Part shown: piece after piece, positions 8,292 to 21,458 of the stretch
Layout of the letters: each line of letters opens with the position of its first letter
How positions within the stretch are numbered: the first letter of the stretch is position 1
DNA from: Saccharolobus solfataricus
GTDB taxonomy: Archaea > Thermoproteota > Thermoprotei_A > Sulfolobales > Sulfolobaceae
NCBI RefSeq assembly: GCF_900079115.1
Contig: NZ_LT549890.1
Location: 660,001 to 692,000 of the forward strand
Length of the DNA stretch: 32,000 nt
Direction of reading: 5' to 3'
Translations under genes and position numbers: made by a program
Notes under the pieces: generated by a model
The model's input: the letters and a program-made list of their open reading frames with translations, nothing else
What the model was told of the DNA's origin: nothing
Database searches by the model: none

Positions 8292-8906
8292 TTACGGTTT
8301 TATTAATATCATTAGATCATATAGTTGATTATTGTATTTTATAATGTAAGAAATTAGACCGTAATTGTCTGGATACCTCAGATTTTCTATTGTAACTAAA
8401 CTTTTTGATATCGTATTAACGATTTGTGATCTCCTAAAGGTCATTGTTGCCTTAGCTTCTACAAATAGTAAACCACTCTTAGCATTTAAAAATTTTCTTA
8501 ATGTATCGTATTTTTCTATATTTATAGCCAAATCCGATATTGTTCCTAGGAACTTTACATTTCTAAATGGTAATATATCATTAATACTTATGTTAAACAA
8601 CTGATTTAGAAGAGCATATGTTATGGTTTCTCCTATAACAGTGACTACGTCTCCGGATAATAGCTTACCCCATCTTCCCATTTCGTAAATTCTTATTGAC
8701 TTTGGAATGTCTTGTAGTAGTTTTGATGAGAAAATAGAAGTTATTGTCAATATTTTATCATCCAATTCGATTTCTTCTGAGTGCCCTCCTATTTCGAAGG
8801 CCTCAAGAATTTCGTTACTTATCAATTTTAGATCTTCTGGGGAGTCTAAATCTGAATGTGGTAATAAATCTTGACTAAGCTCTATCCATGAAATTTTAAG
8901 TTTCAC
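8292..8906 (-). CDS. hypothetical protein, possible PD-(D/E)xK nuclease fold
   Basis: 204-aa ORF. The candidate motif GTISD...(26 aa)...LLFVEAK resembles the D...ExK core of restriction-endonuclease-like nucleases. This is inference only. Confidence 0.55.
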   Translation of the reverse strand: MKLKISWIELSQDLLPHSDLDSPEDLKLISNEILEAFEIGGHSEEIELDDKILTITSIFSSKLLQDIPKSIRIYEMGRWGKLLSGDVVTVIGETITYALLNQLFNISINDILPFRNVKFLGTISDLAINIEKYDTLRKFLNAKSGLLFVEAKATMTFRRSQIVNTISKSLVTIENLRYPDNYGLISYIIKYNNQLYDLMILIKP

Positions 8907-8932
8907 AGTAACTTATAGAAAGGTTTAAAAAT

Positions 8933-9934
8933 TTAAGGCTTTACTAGTACCTTCCCAATCTTATGCTTATCCTTTAGTATTTCATATCCCTTATCTATCT
9001 CATCTAACCCTACTGTTGCTGCTATTACGGGATTTATTTTCCCTTCTCCAGTTAACTTGAGAGTTTCTTCTGCATCCCTCTTAGTTGCAGAGGCATGACC
9101 TATTATCGCTATATCTTTCAATATGACGTAGCCTAACCTTAGTTGATATATTTGAGTTGGATCTACGTTACCTATTTGTACCAGTCTACCTCCCATCCAC
9201 AAACTTTTCAGACTTTCATCTATGGTTGGTGTACCTACTGTATCGATAACCACATTTACATCACCTATCTTCTTTGCCTCTTCTGAGAATTTACTACCTA
9301 CTATTACATGATCAGCGAATTTCCTTATGAAAGCTGCTTTTTCCTCTGATGTAGTTACTCCTATCACTTTCGCGCCAAGTGCTTTAGCTACTTGTATGGC
9401 ATGAATACCAACACCACCGCTAGCCCCCGTAACTAAAACTGTTTCCCCCTTTTGCAACTTTGCCCTTCTCAAACTTCTATAGACCATTCCAGTTACACAA
9501 GGTACTAAAACTGCTCCCTCGTCTGGAACGTTAGTGCCAACTTTTACTATGCTTGTAACTTTTACTTTTGCTTTTTCAGCAAAGAAGCCGTCTAATTCCT
9601 CTGAATAACCTACCCTAGAGTGACAATATGCTTCCTCACCCATTTGACAATAATGACAAGTTCCATCAGGTGCATAAAGAAGTGAAATAACCTTATCACC
9701 TTCTTTAAAGCCTTTGGCGTTTTCTCCAATTTGTTCTATCGTACCAACTACTTCATGTCCTAAAATTACTGGATATTTCATTCTGGGATAGAAACCTTGC
9801 AGTTGCAATAGATCTCTATAGCAGAGTGCCGCTCTATTTACTCTAATTACAACTTCATCTTTTCCTGGAATCGGATCCGAAACTTCTTCTATTCTATACC
9901 CTTTTTGCTTGCCCGGAACTACTACAGCTTTCAT
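8933..9934 (-). CDS. Zn-dependent medium-chain dehydrogenase/reductase (resembles crenarchaeal acryloyl-CoA reductase-type enzymes)
   Basis: 333 aa. GHEVVGTI zinc-ligand motif, structural-zinc cysteines CHYCQMGEEAYC, Rossmann motif VTGASGGVG. Confidence 0.85.
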   Translation of the reverse strand: MKAVVVPGKQKGYRIEEVSDPIPGKDEVVIRVNRAALCYRDLLQLQGFYPRMKYPVILGHEVVGTIEQIGENAKGFKEGDKVISLLYAPDGTCHYCQMGEEAYCHSRVGYSEELDGFFAEKAKVKVTSIVKVGTNVPDEGAVLVPCVTGMVYRSLRRAKLQKGETVLVTGASGGVGIHAIQVAKALGAKVIGVTTSEEKAAFIRKFADHVIVGSKFSEEAKKIGDVNVVIDTVGTPTIDESLKSLWMGGRLVQIGNVDPTQIYQLRLGYVILKDIAIIGHASATKRDAEETLKLTGEGKINPVIAATVGLDEIDKGYEILKDKHKIGKVLVKP

Positions 9935-10141
9935 CAGTTAGATTGTGTTTAGACTGTATAAAAAATATTATCTATCATAGTAGGTTCGATGTATTTTTAA
10001 AAATAATATACATATAGTGTTCCCATAAGAGATTATTTGCAAGCTTTTATTACCAAACTAATAGTATTATAACGATGAGGGAAAGCAATAAAGATCCAAT
10101 CCTTAAAAAGTTACCTGAACCATTATTCTGCGTGAGGGAAG

Positions 10142-11338
10142 ATGAAATTAGAAGAATTAAATTCAAAATATAATGCATTTATAACCCTCCATACTATCGA
10201 AGAAGGAAACGATAAAGGCAAATTAAAGGATGTTACATTCGGAATAAAGGATGTTATTTTAACTAAGGACGTAAGGACCACTGCTGGATCAAGAGTTTTA
10301 GAAAACTATGTTCCACAAAGAAACGCATACGTTGTGGATGCTATACTTAGAGAAGGAGGAAAGATAATAGGAAAAACTAATACTCACGAATTTGCGCTAG
10401 GTGCTACTAATACATCAAGTATAGGAGGACCTGCAAGAAATCCTGTTGATCCAGAAAGAATAAGCGGTGGTTCTAGTGGCGGTTCCGCTGTTGCGGTAAA
10501 GTTAGATATGGTCGACGTGGGAATTGGTACTGATACCGGAGGATCTGTAAGGATCCCTTCGTCTTTATGTGGAGTAATTGGATTTAAACCAACTACTGGG
10601 TTGATACCTAATGATGGCGTAATACCCTTTAGCTGGTCATTAGATACTGTGGGGATAATCGTAAAAGATAACATTAGATTATTACGAAGAGTTTTTGACG
10701 TTGTTCTGCCAAATGAAAAAAGAAAAGTTGAAATAGCTAAATTAAGAACAAGACCGCGTCTAGGTTTATTTCTATTCGATGATATGGAAGTTTCAAGAAT
10801 ATTGCTGAAAGATATATATGCTAAATTATCTTCACACTTTGATATAGTCGAGGTTGATCTTCCTTTACTAAGGCAATATGGCTCTAAAACTAGAAGAACT
10901 ATATCATTAGCTGAAGCTGCTTCTTATCATAAGGATTGGATAAGTGAATATAGTGATAAATACTTCAAAGATACCTATACCTTACTCCTTGATGGTATGA
11001 AAATATCTGCTACCGACTATATAGATGCGCTTAGACATAGGAGAGTATTAATAGAAGAGTATGTAAAAGTATTTAAGAATATTGATTTCATTTTATCTCC
11101 TACAACAAAAATTGTTGCACCTAGAATTTCTGACGTAATCTCTAACCCTCTTCAATTTAGAGAATATCTAATAGCTAATACTGAACTATTTAATGTAGTT
11201 GGAGCACCATCAATAAGTGTACCATTCTCTACCCTTAATGACTTACCGGCTGGTTTAATGATAAGCGGAGAATTGTATAAAGACGGGGATTTACTTGAAG
11301 TCGCTGAATATATTTTAAACATTGTAGGAAAACATTAA
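10142..11338 (+). CDS. amidase-signature enzyme (GatA-like amidase)
   Basis: 398 aa with the amidase signature [11 protein letters not shown]...[12 protein letters not shown]. Confidence 0.85.
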   Translation: MKLEELNSKYNAFITLHTIEEGNDKGKLKDVTFGIKDVILTKDVRTTAGSRVLENYVPQRNAYVVDAILREGGKIIGKTNTHEFALGATNTSSIGGPARNPVDPERISGGSSGGSAVAVKLDMVDVGIGTDTGGSVRIPSSLCGVIGFKPTTGLIPNDGVIPFSWSLDTVGIIVKDNIRLLRRVFDVVLPNEKRKVEIAKLRTRPRLGLFLFDDMEVSRILLKDIYAKLSSHFDIVEVDLPLLRQYGSKTRRTISLAEAASYHKDWISEYSDKYFKDTYTLLLDGMKISATDYIDALRHRRVLIEEYVKVFKNIDFILSPTTKIVAPRISDVISNPLQFREYLIANTELFNVVGAPSISVPFSTLNDLPAGLMISGELYKDGDLLEVAEYILNIVGKH

Positions 11339-11351
11339 CGATCTACTGGGA

Positions 11352-12029
11352 ATGAACCCTAAATTAACTGTCACCTTTTTATTCTTGCTTTTAATGGTAA
11401 TTATGGGGAATGAGTTGCAATTAGAAAATAAGATACTTAAGGGAACTACAACTGTAGGAATTAGAGTAAATGATGGAGTAATCCTTGCGGCAGATAGAAG
11501 AGCTAGTGCAGGGTTTTTCGTAGCTAATAAAATGGTTAGAAAAGTATTATATATTACAGATAAAATCGGAATAACTACCGCAGGTAGTGTAGCAGATTTA
11601 CAGTTTATATACGATGTATTGAAAAATATATATCATTATAATAGTATTACTAAATACGGGCCAATTTCTATAAAGGGAATTGCAACCAGGCTAGCAAATG
11701 TATTATCTGCAACAAAATATTTTCCCTATATCGTTCAAATCTTGATAGGTGGTTACGATGATCAGCCAAGATTATTCAACTTGGATTATTTAGGCGATAT
11801 AACTGAAGAAAATTACGTCGCAACTGGTTCTGGTTCTCCAGTAGCTATGGGAGTGCTAGAAGATGAGTATAATCCCAAAATGACTTTAGATGAGGCAGCT
11901 GACCTAGCTAAGAGAGCTGTGTTCTCAGCAATAAAGCGGGATTCCTTTACGGGTACAGGTGTTATAGTAGCAAAAATTCACAGTAAAGGACACGAGGAAT
12001 TAGAGTTCTACTTAAATAAGAAGATGTGA
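11352..12029 (+). CDS. psmB: proteasome beta subunit
   Basis: Propeptide followed by G/TTTVGIRV (catalytic Thr) and the Ntn-hydrolase pattern. The true start may be an internal ATG at 11394 or 11403, because the first 14 residues look like a spurious hydrophobic extension. Confidence 0.9.
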   Translation: MNPKLTVTFLFLLLMVIMGNELQLENKILKGTTTVGIRVNDGVILAADRRASAGFFVANKMVRKVLYITDKIGITTAGSVADLQFIYDVLKNIYHYNSITKYGPISIKGIATRLANVLSATKYFPYIVQILIGGYDDQPRLFNLDYLGDITEENYVATGSGSPVAMGVLEDEYNPKMTLDEAADLAKRAVFSAIKRDSFTGTGVIVAKIHSKGHEELEFYLNKKM

Positions 12030-12042
12030 AGCGTTTTTAATT

Positions 12043-12516
12043 TTGAATAGTGAAAGTATATATTCGATGAGAGTAGTATCTTCAGCCTTTAAGAATGAGG
12101 ATTTTATACCTATTAAATATACTTGTGATGGACAAGATCTGTCTCCGGAGTTAGAGTGGGATCTTGTTACTAACGCTAAAAGTTATGCGATAATCGTAGA
12201 AGATCCAGATGCGCCTGGAGGAACTTTCATACATTGGGTAATATACAACATAACTACCAATAGATTGCCAGAAGGAGTGCCAAGACTGTACAAATCACAA
12301 TATGGTGTACAAGGTGTAAACGATTTTGGGAATATAGGGTATAACGGTCCGTGTCCTCCTAAGACACATCCACCTCATAGATATTATTTTTATGTTTATG
12401 CAATTGATACAATACTACTTGAAATTAAAAATATTAATGCTGATAAGTTAAAATCACTAATGGAGGGACATGGGATAGAGAGAGGATTCGTAATGGGTAA
12501 ATATAAGAGAAAATAA
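12043..12516 (+). CDS. PEBP (YbhB/YbcL) family protein
   Basis: DPDAPGGTFIHW and GYNGPCPP..HRYYF motifs of the phosphatidylethanolamine-binding protein family. The ATG at 12067 is an alternative to the TTG start. Confidence 0.8.
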   Translation: MNSESIYSMRVVSSAFKNEDFIPIKYTCDGQDLSPELEWDLVTNAKSYAIIVEDPDAPGGTFIHWVIYNITTNRLPEGVPRLYKSQYGVQGVNDFGNIGYNGPCPPKTHPPHRYYFYVYAIDTILLEIKNINADKLKSLMEGHGIERGFVMGKYKRK

Positions 12517-12537
12517 TTTCACTTATGTGGTGAGATA

Positions 12538-15173
<2,636 letters not shown>

Positions 15174-15190
<17 letters not shown>

Positions 15191-15410
15191 TTTTATCCAG
15201 CTCTTCTAATAGGTTAATCAAGATTACTACTTTAGGGTTAGAGTAATTTAATCTTACTATTTTTTTATCACTACCTATTACTTCAATTAAATCCATCTTC
15301 TGTAAATCTTCCAGTTCTCTTCTTAGTTTATCATAGTGGATTTTAGATAATCTATATAATTTAGTGATGTTCATATCACCGTTTTTTATCAATATATACA
15401 ATATTTTCAT
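15174..15410 (-). CDS. small winged-helix DNA-binding protein
   Basis: 78 aa with an ArsR/wHTH-like pattern (MNITKLYRLSKIHYDKLRRELEDLQKMDLIEV). Overlaps the moaC start by 17 nt. Confidence 0.55.
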
Positions 15411-15427
15411 TTTAGATGGATTATAGA

Positions 15428-16669
15428 TTAAGCTCTCGATTTTAACCTCACCATTATTTGTTGCATAATATAATCGTCTAATCTTTTATCTAATGGAAGA
15501 GAAAGAGAAACGAGAGTCGTTCTTCCTCTCATTCCTTTTCCACTCTGTCTTGTATTAATTATCCCTATTACCTTAAGTTTTCTCAGATACTCATAAACTT
15601 GCGTATGTCTTCTAGGTTCCTCATTAAACTCTCTTGATAATGATATGTATTCCTCTTCTAAGGTTCCCATTGTGATCTCATCAGCTTTAGTCTTATTTAA
15701 AGCTCTTATCAACGCTTTTAAGAGTATAAGTTGATGCAAATCGAGATACGATAAACTATCTATAATCTCTTGAATCTCCGGATTTATTGTAGAATTAGCC
15801 TTCTTAGCATGATCTAACAATACCACTGGCGATCCCTCCTTCTCTGCTATCTCTCCAGCTAAACTTAGAGTCTCTATTGCAATTCTAGCATTACCATTAC
15901 CTCCTTTATCATAACCATAAGTATTGGATATAAATTGTAATACCTCATCGTCTACAGCATTGTCATTAAAAGCCTCATCCACTCTATACTTCAAAATATC
16001 GTAAAGTTCCATAGACTTATAAGGAGGAAATTCAATTAACCTTCTAGCTATATGATCCCTTATACTTCTATCTAATTTATAAATTGAATGACTCTCATTA
16101 ACTATAAATATATAACTAATTCTCTTTATTATTGCAGATATTTCATCATACAATCTTACTAAGAAGTATATTTCCTCAGTATTTGCTGTATTTAGAAAAT
16201 GCCCAAATTCATCTAGTGCAACTATTAGATGTATATTTCTTCTATCTAGATATTCATGGATCATCTTAAATACTTCTTGTGCCGATAGTCCCCTCGAAGG
16301 TATAGGTAGTTTTAACGCGTTAGCTATTTCTTGGCTTATTAAATACAGCGTTCTATGTCTATAACAATTTATATGAACATACTTTACTTTAACCCCATAT
16401 TCTCTCTCCGCAATATCTTCAAAATTTTTACCAAACAATCTAACAGTAGCTGTTTTCCCAGTACCTGTCCTACCTAGTATTACAACTCTTTCAGAATCTT
16501 TAGCGTCTCCAGCTAATAGATCTTTGAATATAAATCCTAACTCCTTAATCTTCTCTTCTCTATGTGGTAAATTTTCCGGTACATAATCTGGTGAAAGCTT
16601 GTCCTTATGTTTAATTATCAATACAGATGATCTTAAACTATCTGAAAGTATGTCCTTAGCTGAAACCAA
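15428..16669 (-). CDS. cdc6-2: Orc1/Cdc6 replication initiator paralogue
   Basis: 413 aa. AAA+ Walker A GRTGTGKT, Walker B ALDEF, C-terminal winged helix. Its position next to gins23-mcm matches the S. solfataricus cdc6-2 locus as I recall it. Confidence 0.9.
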   Translation of the reverse strand: MVSAKDILSDSLRSSVLIIKHKDKLSPDYVPENLPHREEKIKELGFIFKDLLAGDAKDSERVVILGRTGTGKTATVRLFGKNFEDIAEREYGVKVKYVHINCYRHRTLYLISQEIANALKLPIPSRGLSAQEVFKMIHEYLDRRNIHLIVALDEFGHFLNTANTEEIYFLVRLYDEISAIIKRISYIFIVNESHSIYKLDRSIRDHIARRLIEFPPYKSMELYDILKYRVDEAFNDNAVDDEVLQFISNTYGYDKGGNGNARIAIETLSLAGEIAEKEGSPVVLLDHAKKANSTINPEIQEIIDSLSYLDLHQLILLKALIRALNKTKADEITMGTLEEEYISLSREFNEEPRRHTQVYEYLRKLKVIGIINTRQSGKGMRGRTTLVSLSLPLDKRLDDYIMQQIMVRLKSRA

Positions 16670-16704
16670 AACTTTTACCCCAATCTAAATTAAGTGGTAT
16701 TACC

Positions 16705-17223
16705 TTATATTTTATCTAAGAGAGTAGCCCGAAACTTTTCTTGATTCTTTCTCAAAAGCGATATCCCAGCAAATTCCTTTAGTACATTAACGTGAAGTAC
16801 AACCTCAGGATCTTTAAAATCAACATTAATTAAACCCTTCAGCCCTATTCCTACTCCCATTTCAATTTCTCTACAATTTACGTCAATTCCCCTATTATAA
16901 CAGCGAACGTAAAATGTTTTGAGATCTTTTGTCTTATTTTTTATAAAATTTATTACATTAACAACAATTTCCTTTTCATTGGTGGAATTTATAATCAACT
17001 GAAATGGATATACTTTTTCAGCACAAGACGGAGGAGAAGCAAAAAGTAAACCATAAACCACTAATGAATCTAAATTTGAGTAAACAATAGCTACGTTTTG
17101 CACATATTCTATAACTCTAGCATCAATATCCTTTATAAGTATCCTATTCAAAATCTCATTTATACACTTTCGACCTTTACCAGGCTTTGTAGTTACAAGA
17201 GCCTTTGGGTTCTGCCACATCAA
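16705..17223 (-). CDS. THUMP-domain protein (putative RNA binding)
   Basis: 172 aa. The C-terminal pattern FYVRCYNRG....REIEMGVG......VDFKDPEVVLHVNVL...AGISLL is typical of THUMP domains. Confidence 0.6.
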   Translation of the reverse strand: MMWQNPKALVTTKPGKGRKCINEILNRILIKDIDARVIEYVQNVAIVYSNLDSLVVYGLLFASPPSCAEKVYPFQLIINSTNEKEIVVNVINFIKNKTKDLKTFYVRCYNRGIDVNCREIEMGVGIGLKGLINVDFKDPEVVLHVNVLKEFAGISLLRKNQEKFRATLLDKI

Positions 17224-17255
17224 ATATAAGGTTTTGTATTAAGAAAAAATATATT

Positions 17256-17795
17256 ATGATCGAAGTAAAACTCAGAGCTATTAAAAGATTGTCAAATGTT
17301 TACACTCGCCGAGTTATGATAATAGAGGATTGGAATGGAAGCTCAATAACAACGGGTAACATTGAGTTAGTAAAAGGAAGCGAAAATCAGTTACCACAAT
17401 GGTTAGCTATTATCTTAGAAGGAAAAAAGGTAGCTAAAATAGAAGATAAAATCTCAATTGAAGATTTAGGAAGAATTCTTTTCCAAGAAAGGCAAAATAT
17501 GAACACGCCAGCTTCTTTAGTTCCATTAGGTAAGGATTTCACAAGCAGAGTACAACTTTATCTAGAAACCTTAAGGAAAGACAACAATGTTGAGAGTTTA
17601 GAAAAACTTAGAAAATCAATAGGCATACTGAATGAAATCATTAAAATAAGACTAAGAAAACTAATCCAACTCGCATTTCTTAACATCGATGATCAGAACT
17701 TAATTAATGGAATGACAGAAGAAGAGCTTTTAATCTATAAGACAATAAAACAACTTATTAAGGAATTATATGGTGATATAATTGGAAATTCCTAG
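17256..17795 (+). CDS. gins23: GINS subunit Gins23
   Basis: Lies immediately upstream of and overlapping mcm, as in Sulfolobus. I prefer the ATG at 17256 (MIEVKLRAIK...) over the TTG at 17205, which would overlap the divergent THUMP gene. Confidence 0.7.
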   Translation: MIEVKLRAIKRLSNVYTRRVMIIEDWNGSSITTGNIELVKGSENQLPQWLAIILEGKKVAKIEDKISIEDLGRILFQERQNMNTPASLVPLGKDFTSRVQLYLETLRKDNNVESLEKLRKSIGILNEIIKIRLRKLIQLAFLNIDDQNLINGMTEEELLIYKTIKQLIKELYGDIIGNS

Positions 17796-19842
17796 TAAAC
17801 AGATTGACTATAGAGACGTATTTATAGAGTTTCTGACAACTTTCAAGGGTAACAATAATCAAAACAAATATATCGAGAGGATAAACGAGCTAGTAGCGTA
17901 TAGGAAAAAAAGTCTTATAATAGAATTTTCTGATGTACTTTCGTTCAATGAAAATTTGGCTTATGAGATAATAAATAATACCAAAATTATTCTACCAATT
18001 CTGGAAGGTGCATTGTATGATCATATCTTGCAATTGGATCCTACATATCAACGAGATATAGAAAAAGTTCATGTTAGAATTGTAGGAATACCTAGAGTAA
18101 TAGAACTTAGAAAAATAAGAAGTACCGATATAGGTAAACTAATAACTATTGATGGAATCTTAGTTAAAGTTACTCCGGTAAAAGAGAGAATTTACAAGGC
18201 AACTTATAAGCACATTCACCCAGACTGTATGCAGGAGTTTGAGTGGCCAGAAGATGAAGAGATGCCAGAAGTATTAGAAATGCCAACTATATGTCCAAAA
18301 TGTGGTAAGCCTGGACAGTTCAGACTAATCCCAGAGAAAACAAAGTTAATTGACTGGCAAAAAGCGGTAATCCAGGAGAGACCAGAAGAGGTACCCTCAG
18401 GTCAGTTACCTAGGCAGTTGGAAATAATACTTGAAGATGATTTAGTTGATTCTGCGAGACCTGGAGATAGGGTAAAAGTAACGGGAATTTTAGATATAAA
18501 ACAAGACTCCCCGGTCAAAAGGGGAAGTAGAGCAGTATTTGACATTTATATGAAAGTAAGTAGTATAGAAGTTTCACAAAAAGTATTAGATGAGGTAATC
18601 ATCTCTGAAGAAGACGAGAAAAAGATTAAAGACTTAGCTAAAGATCCTTGGATACGTGATAGAATCATATCATCGATAGCACCATCTATTTACGGTCACT
18701 GGGAACTAAAAGAAGCTCTAGCATTAGCATTATTTGGAGGAGTTCCTAAGGTTCTAGAAGATACGAGAATAAGAGGAGATATTCACATACTGATAATAGG
18801 TGATCCCGGTACTGCCAAATCACAAATGCTACAGTTTATCTCAAGAGTAGCCCCAAGGGCAGTTTACACGACCGGTAAAGGATCCACAGCTGCAGGTTTA
18901 ACAGCTGCTGTAGTAAGAGAAAAGGGAACTGGAGAGTATTACTTAGAAGCTGGTGCGTTAGTACTTGCTGATGGTGGAATAGCAGTTATTGATGAAATAG
19001 ACAAGATGAGGGATGAAGATAGAGTAGCCATTCATGAGGCAATGGAACAACAGACAGTCTCAATAGCAAAAGCTGGAATAGTAGCTAAATTAAACGCTAG
19101 GGCTGCAGTTATAGCTGCAGGGAATCCGAAATTCGGGAGATACATAAGTGAAAGACCAGTGTCTGATAATATCAACCTACCTCCAACAATCTTGTCAAGA
19201 TTTGACCTAATATTTATACTAAAGGATCAACCAGGTGAACAAGATAGAGAACTTGCGAATTACATATTAGATGTACATTCAGGAAAATCCACAAAAAATA
19301 TTATAGATATAGATACATTAAGAAAATATATAGCATATGCAAGGAAATACGTTACACCAAAAATTACTAGTGAGGCTAAGAATCTGATTACAGATTTCTT
19401 CGTAGAAATGAGGAAGAAAAGCTCAGAAACACCTGATAGCCCAATATTGATAACTCCAAGACAATTAGAGGCTTTAATAAGAATTTCAGAAGCCTATGCC
19501 AAGATGGCTCTTAAGGCTGAAGTCACTAGAGAAGATGCAGAAAGAGCAATAAATATCATGAGACTTTTCCTAGAGAGTGTAGGAGTTGATATGGAAAGTG
19601 GAAAAATAGATATAGATACAATAATGACTGGTAAACCTAAAAGCGCTAGAGAGAAAATGATGAAAATAATAGAAATAATAGATAGTTTAGCTGTAAGTTC
19701 TGAGTGCGCAAAAGTTAAGGACATACTAAAAGAAGCTCAACAAGTAGGCATTGAAAAAAGTAATATAGAAAAATTACTTACAGATATGAGAAAGAGTGGT
19801 ATAATATATGAAGCAAAACCAGAATGTTACAAAAAAGTCTAG
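17782..19842 (+). CDS. mcm: MCM replicative helicase
   Basis: 686 aa. Zn motif CPKCG, Walker A GDPGTAKSQ, Walker B DEIDKM, arginine finger SRFDL. TTG start overlapping the gins23 end by 14 nt. Confidence 0.97.
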   Translation: MEIPSKQIDYRDVFIEFLTTFKGNNNQNKYIERINELVAYRKKSLIIEFSDVLSFNENLAYEIINNTKIILPILEGALYDHILQLDPTYQRDIEKVHVRIVGIPRVIELRKIRSTDIGKLITIDGILVKVTPVKERIYKATYKHIHPDCMQEFEWPEDEEMPEVLEMPTICPKCGKPGQFRLIPEKTKLIDWQKAVIQERPEEVPSGQLPRQLEIILEDDLVDSARPGDRVKVTGILDIKQDSPVKRGSRAVFDIYMKVSSIEVSQKVLDEVIISEEDEKKIKDLAKDPWIRDRIISSIAPSIYGHWELKEALALALFGGVPKVLEDTRIRGDIHILIIGDPGTAKSQMLQFISRVAPRAVYTTGKGSTAAGLTAAVVREKGTGEYYLEAGALVLADGGIAVIDEIDKMRDEDRVAIHEAMEQQTVSIAKAGIVAKLNARAAVIAAGNPKFGRYISERPVSDNINLPPTILSRFDLIFILKDQPGEQDRELANYILDVHSGKSTKNIIDIDTLRKYIAYARKYVTPKITSEAKNLITDFFVEMRKKSSETPDSPILITPRQLEALIRISEAYAKMALKAEVTREDAERAINIMRLFLESVGVDMESGKIDIDTIMTGKPKSAREKMMKIIEIIDSLAVSSECAKVKDILKEAQQVGIEKSNIEKLLTDMRKSGIIYEAKPECYKKV

Positions 19843-20057
19843 GCTAATTTCTTATATATTGGCAGAGGAGACCACATTACCCATGCTGGTACTTGCTTTA
19901 TTAATTCGTAAGCTTCCTCCCAACCAGAGAGCCCTAACCTTTTTGATAGTTCTTCTAATGTCATCTGTGTTCTTACGTATTCGTTAAGAACCGCTATCGT
20001 ATCATCGTTTATCTCCACTTCTCTACCACTTGAGAGCTTTATCTTTAACATTTCCAT
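19839..20057 (-). CDS. small conserved hypothetical protein (possible HTH)
   Basis: 72-aa ORF convergent with mcm. MTLEELSKRLGLSGWEEAYELI looks HTH-like. No family recognised. Confidence 0.45.
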   Translation of the reverse strand: MEMLKIKLSSGREVEINDDTIAVLNEYVRTQMTLEELSKRLGLSGWEEAYELIKQVPAWVMWSPLPIYKKLA

Positions 20058-20068
20058 GGATAATCATC

Positions 20069-20398
20069 TCATATCCCAAATATAGATTTTACTGCATTAA
20101 TTCCGTATATAGACCATATGGCTAAAACTAAAATTATAAGCGAAATTAGAATTGACATTGCACCTAAACTATGCTCATTTCTCTCCATGAAGTAAACTCC
20201 CAGGAGCAAAAATATTATTATAATAACTCCTAGCGCAAGGTAACCAGCACTATTTAATGCTTGTCCGTTATTTAACGGTGAAATATAATAGGGAAAAGCA
20301 ATGACTCCCAATATACCAATAATTAAAATAAATATTAGAATCAAAATTACATAGCTATTTATAACCTCGTTGTAAAGTCTGTTATACTTTTTTGGCAT
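20069..20398 (-). CDS. small integral membrane protein
   Basis: 109 aa with 3-4 strongly hydrophobic predicted helices. Confidence 0.5.
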   Translation of the reverse strand: MPKKYNRLYNEVINSYVILILIFILIIGILGVIAFPYYISPLNNGQALNSAGYLALGVIIIIFLLLGVYFMERNEHSLGAMSILISLIILVLAIWSIYGINAVKSIFGI

Positions 20399-20407
20399 GA
20401 TATTACT

Positions 20408-20908
20408 TCACCATGGGACATTTTTAATTTTTAGCAAATAAGCAACGTAGTTTGTCCCTTGATGCAAAAAGAAAGCTAATCCACATATGAACAAAAACTG
20501 ATACCACGTAATATTTACACGCATCAACACAAGTATTAGAGAAGCTCCTAAGACAAAATCTAATTGATCTAAACCTAAAACTCTTCCACCCCTAGGTATA
20601 CCAAGTCTCCTCTTTATAAAGGCACCAATCATATCCCCTATCATTGCGAATAAGGACTCTAAAAACGATATAAGAGTCCACTCAGCTGTAAAAAATTTAG
20701 ATATAATAACACCTACTGTAGTACCGAAAGTTAATGCAACAATTAGGCCCTCAAAGGTCTTCCCATCTCCAAATAGTCTCCTCCCATCTACGAAATTCTT
20801 ACCAAAATCTATTGGAGTCCCCCTTTTAATGAATGGACCACTTCCATTAGCGACAAATGCAGGTAGATATATGAGAATTGATAATAAAAGATCGTATGCT
20901 ATAGACAA
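20408..20908 (-). CDS. carS: CDP-archaeol synthase (DUF46/CarS family)
   Basis: 166-aa membrane protein. The pattern [11 protein letters not shown]...[21 protein letters not shown] is typical of CarS. Confidence 0.8.
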
Positions 20909-21426
20909 CCAATTACACCCCTTTCAGTTATCTTAAATTTACATCTCCTAAGGTTACCTATAATATAAGATTTAGTAATCCTCAAAACATCATCGGAGAA
21001 CTTTCGCATAAATTTTTCCCCAGCCACCTTATTATTGGCTGATACTTCCCAAACTAATAGAATTTTTACGTTAGACTGGGCGATCGACCTCAAAATAATT
21101 AATAGCTTTAAGAAACTATGTACATTCCGTTCATATCTATAAAACGTATTAATTGTGTCAACTACTATAAGACTGGGCTTATATTCCAAAGAATTGATTA
21201 TTCCATTAAATAGTTCAATATTGCTTTTAACAGAAGCGAAATAAACTCCTTGACCAACCTTAATCTTTTCTAACCTAGCCTCGAAAAGAGAACCTTCAGT
21301 CGAGATGAAAACGGAAGTCCTTATTTCCAAGGCCAATTCTAACGAAAGACTAGTCTTTCCTACCCCAGACTCGCCGTATATTGACACCAAATTTCCCCTT
21401 TCAAATACAAATGTTGACAAATTCAA
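20899..21426 (-). CDS. RecA-superfamily ATPase, short RadA paralogue
   Basis: 175 aa. Walker [10 protein letters not shown], Walker B-like LIVVDT. Core-only RadA/KaiC-like domain. Confidence 0.7.
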
Positions 21427-21458
21427 AGCTTATAACTCACTAAATAAACATCTTACAT

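Noticed and set aside
8365-8604. 79-aa + strand ORF
   Set aside because: It is antisense within the 204-aa hypothetical gene. It is shorter and has no start context, so the longer minus-strand ORF in an operon arrangement is preferred.
10384-10674. 96-aa minus-strand ORF (similarly 12744..12965, 19494..19724, 22452..22658, 22861..23064, 28540..28743)
   Set aside because: Each lies antisense inside a confidently identified gene (amidase, rfcS, mcm, clp1-like, permease). They are shadow ORFs.
15411-16704. Replication origin expected next to the Orc1/Cdc6 gene
   Set aside because: Flanking non-coding DNA is only 17 and 35 nt. No ORB-like inverted repeats or AT-rich unwinding region were seen.
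17205-17255. Upstream TTG start for gins23 given by the ORF track
   Set aside because: It would overlap the divergent THUMP gene start and adds a non-conserved-looking peptide (MGSATSNIRFCIKKKYI). The ATG at 17256 is preferred.
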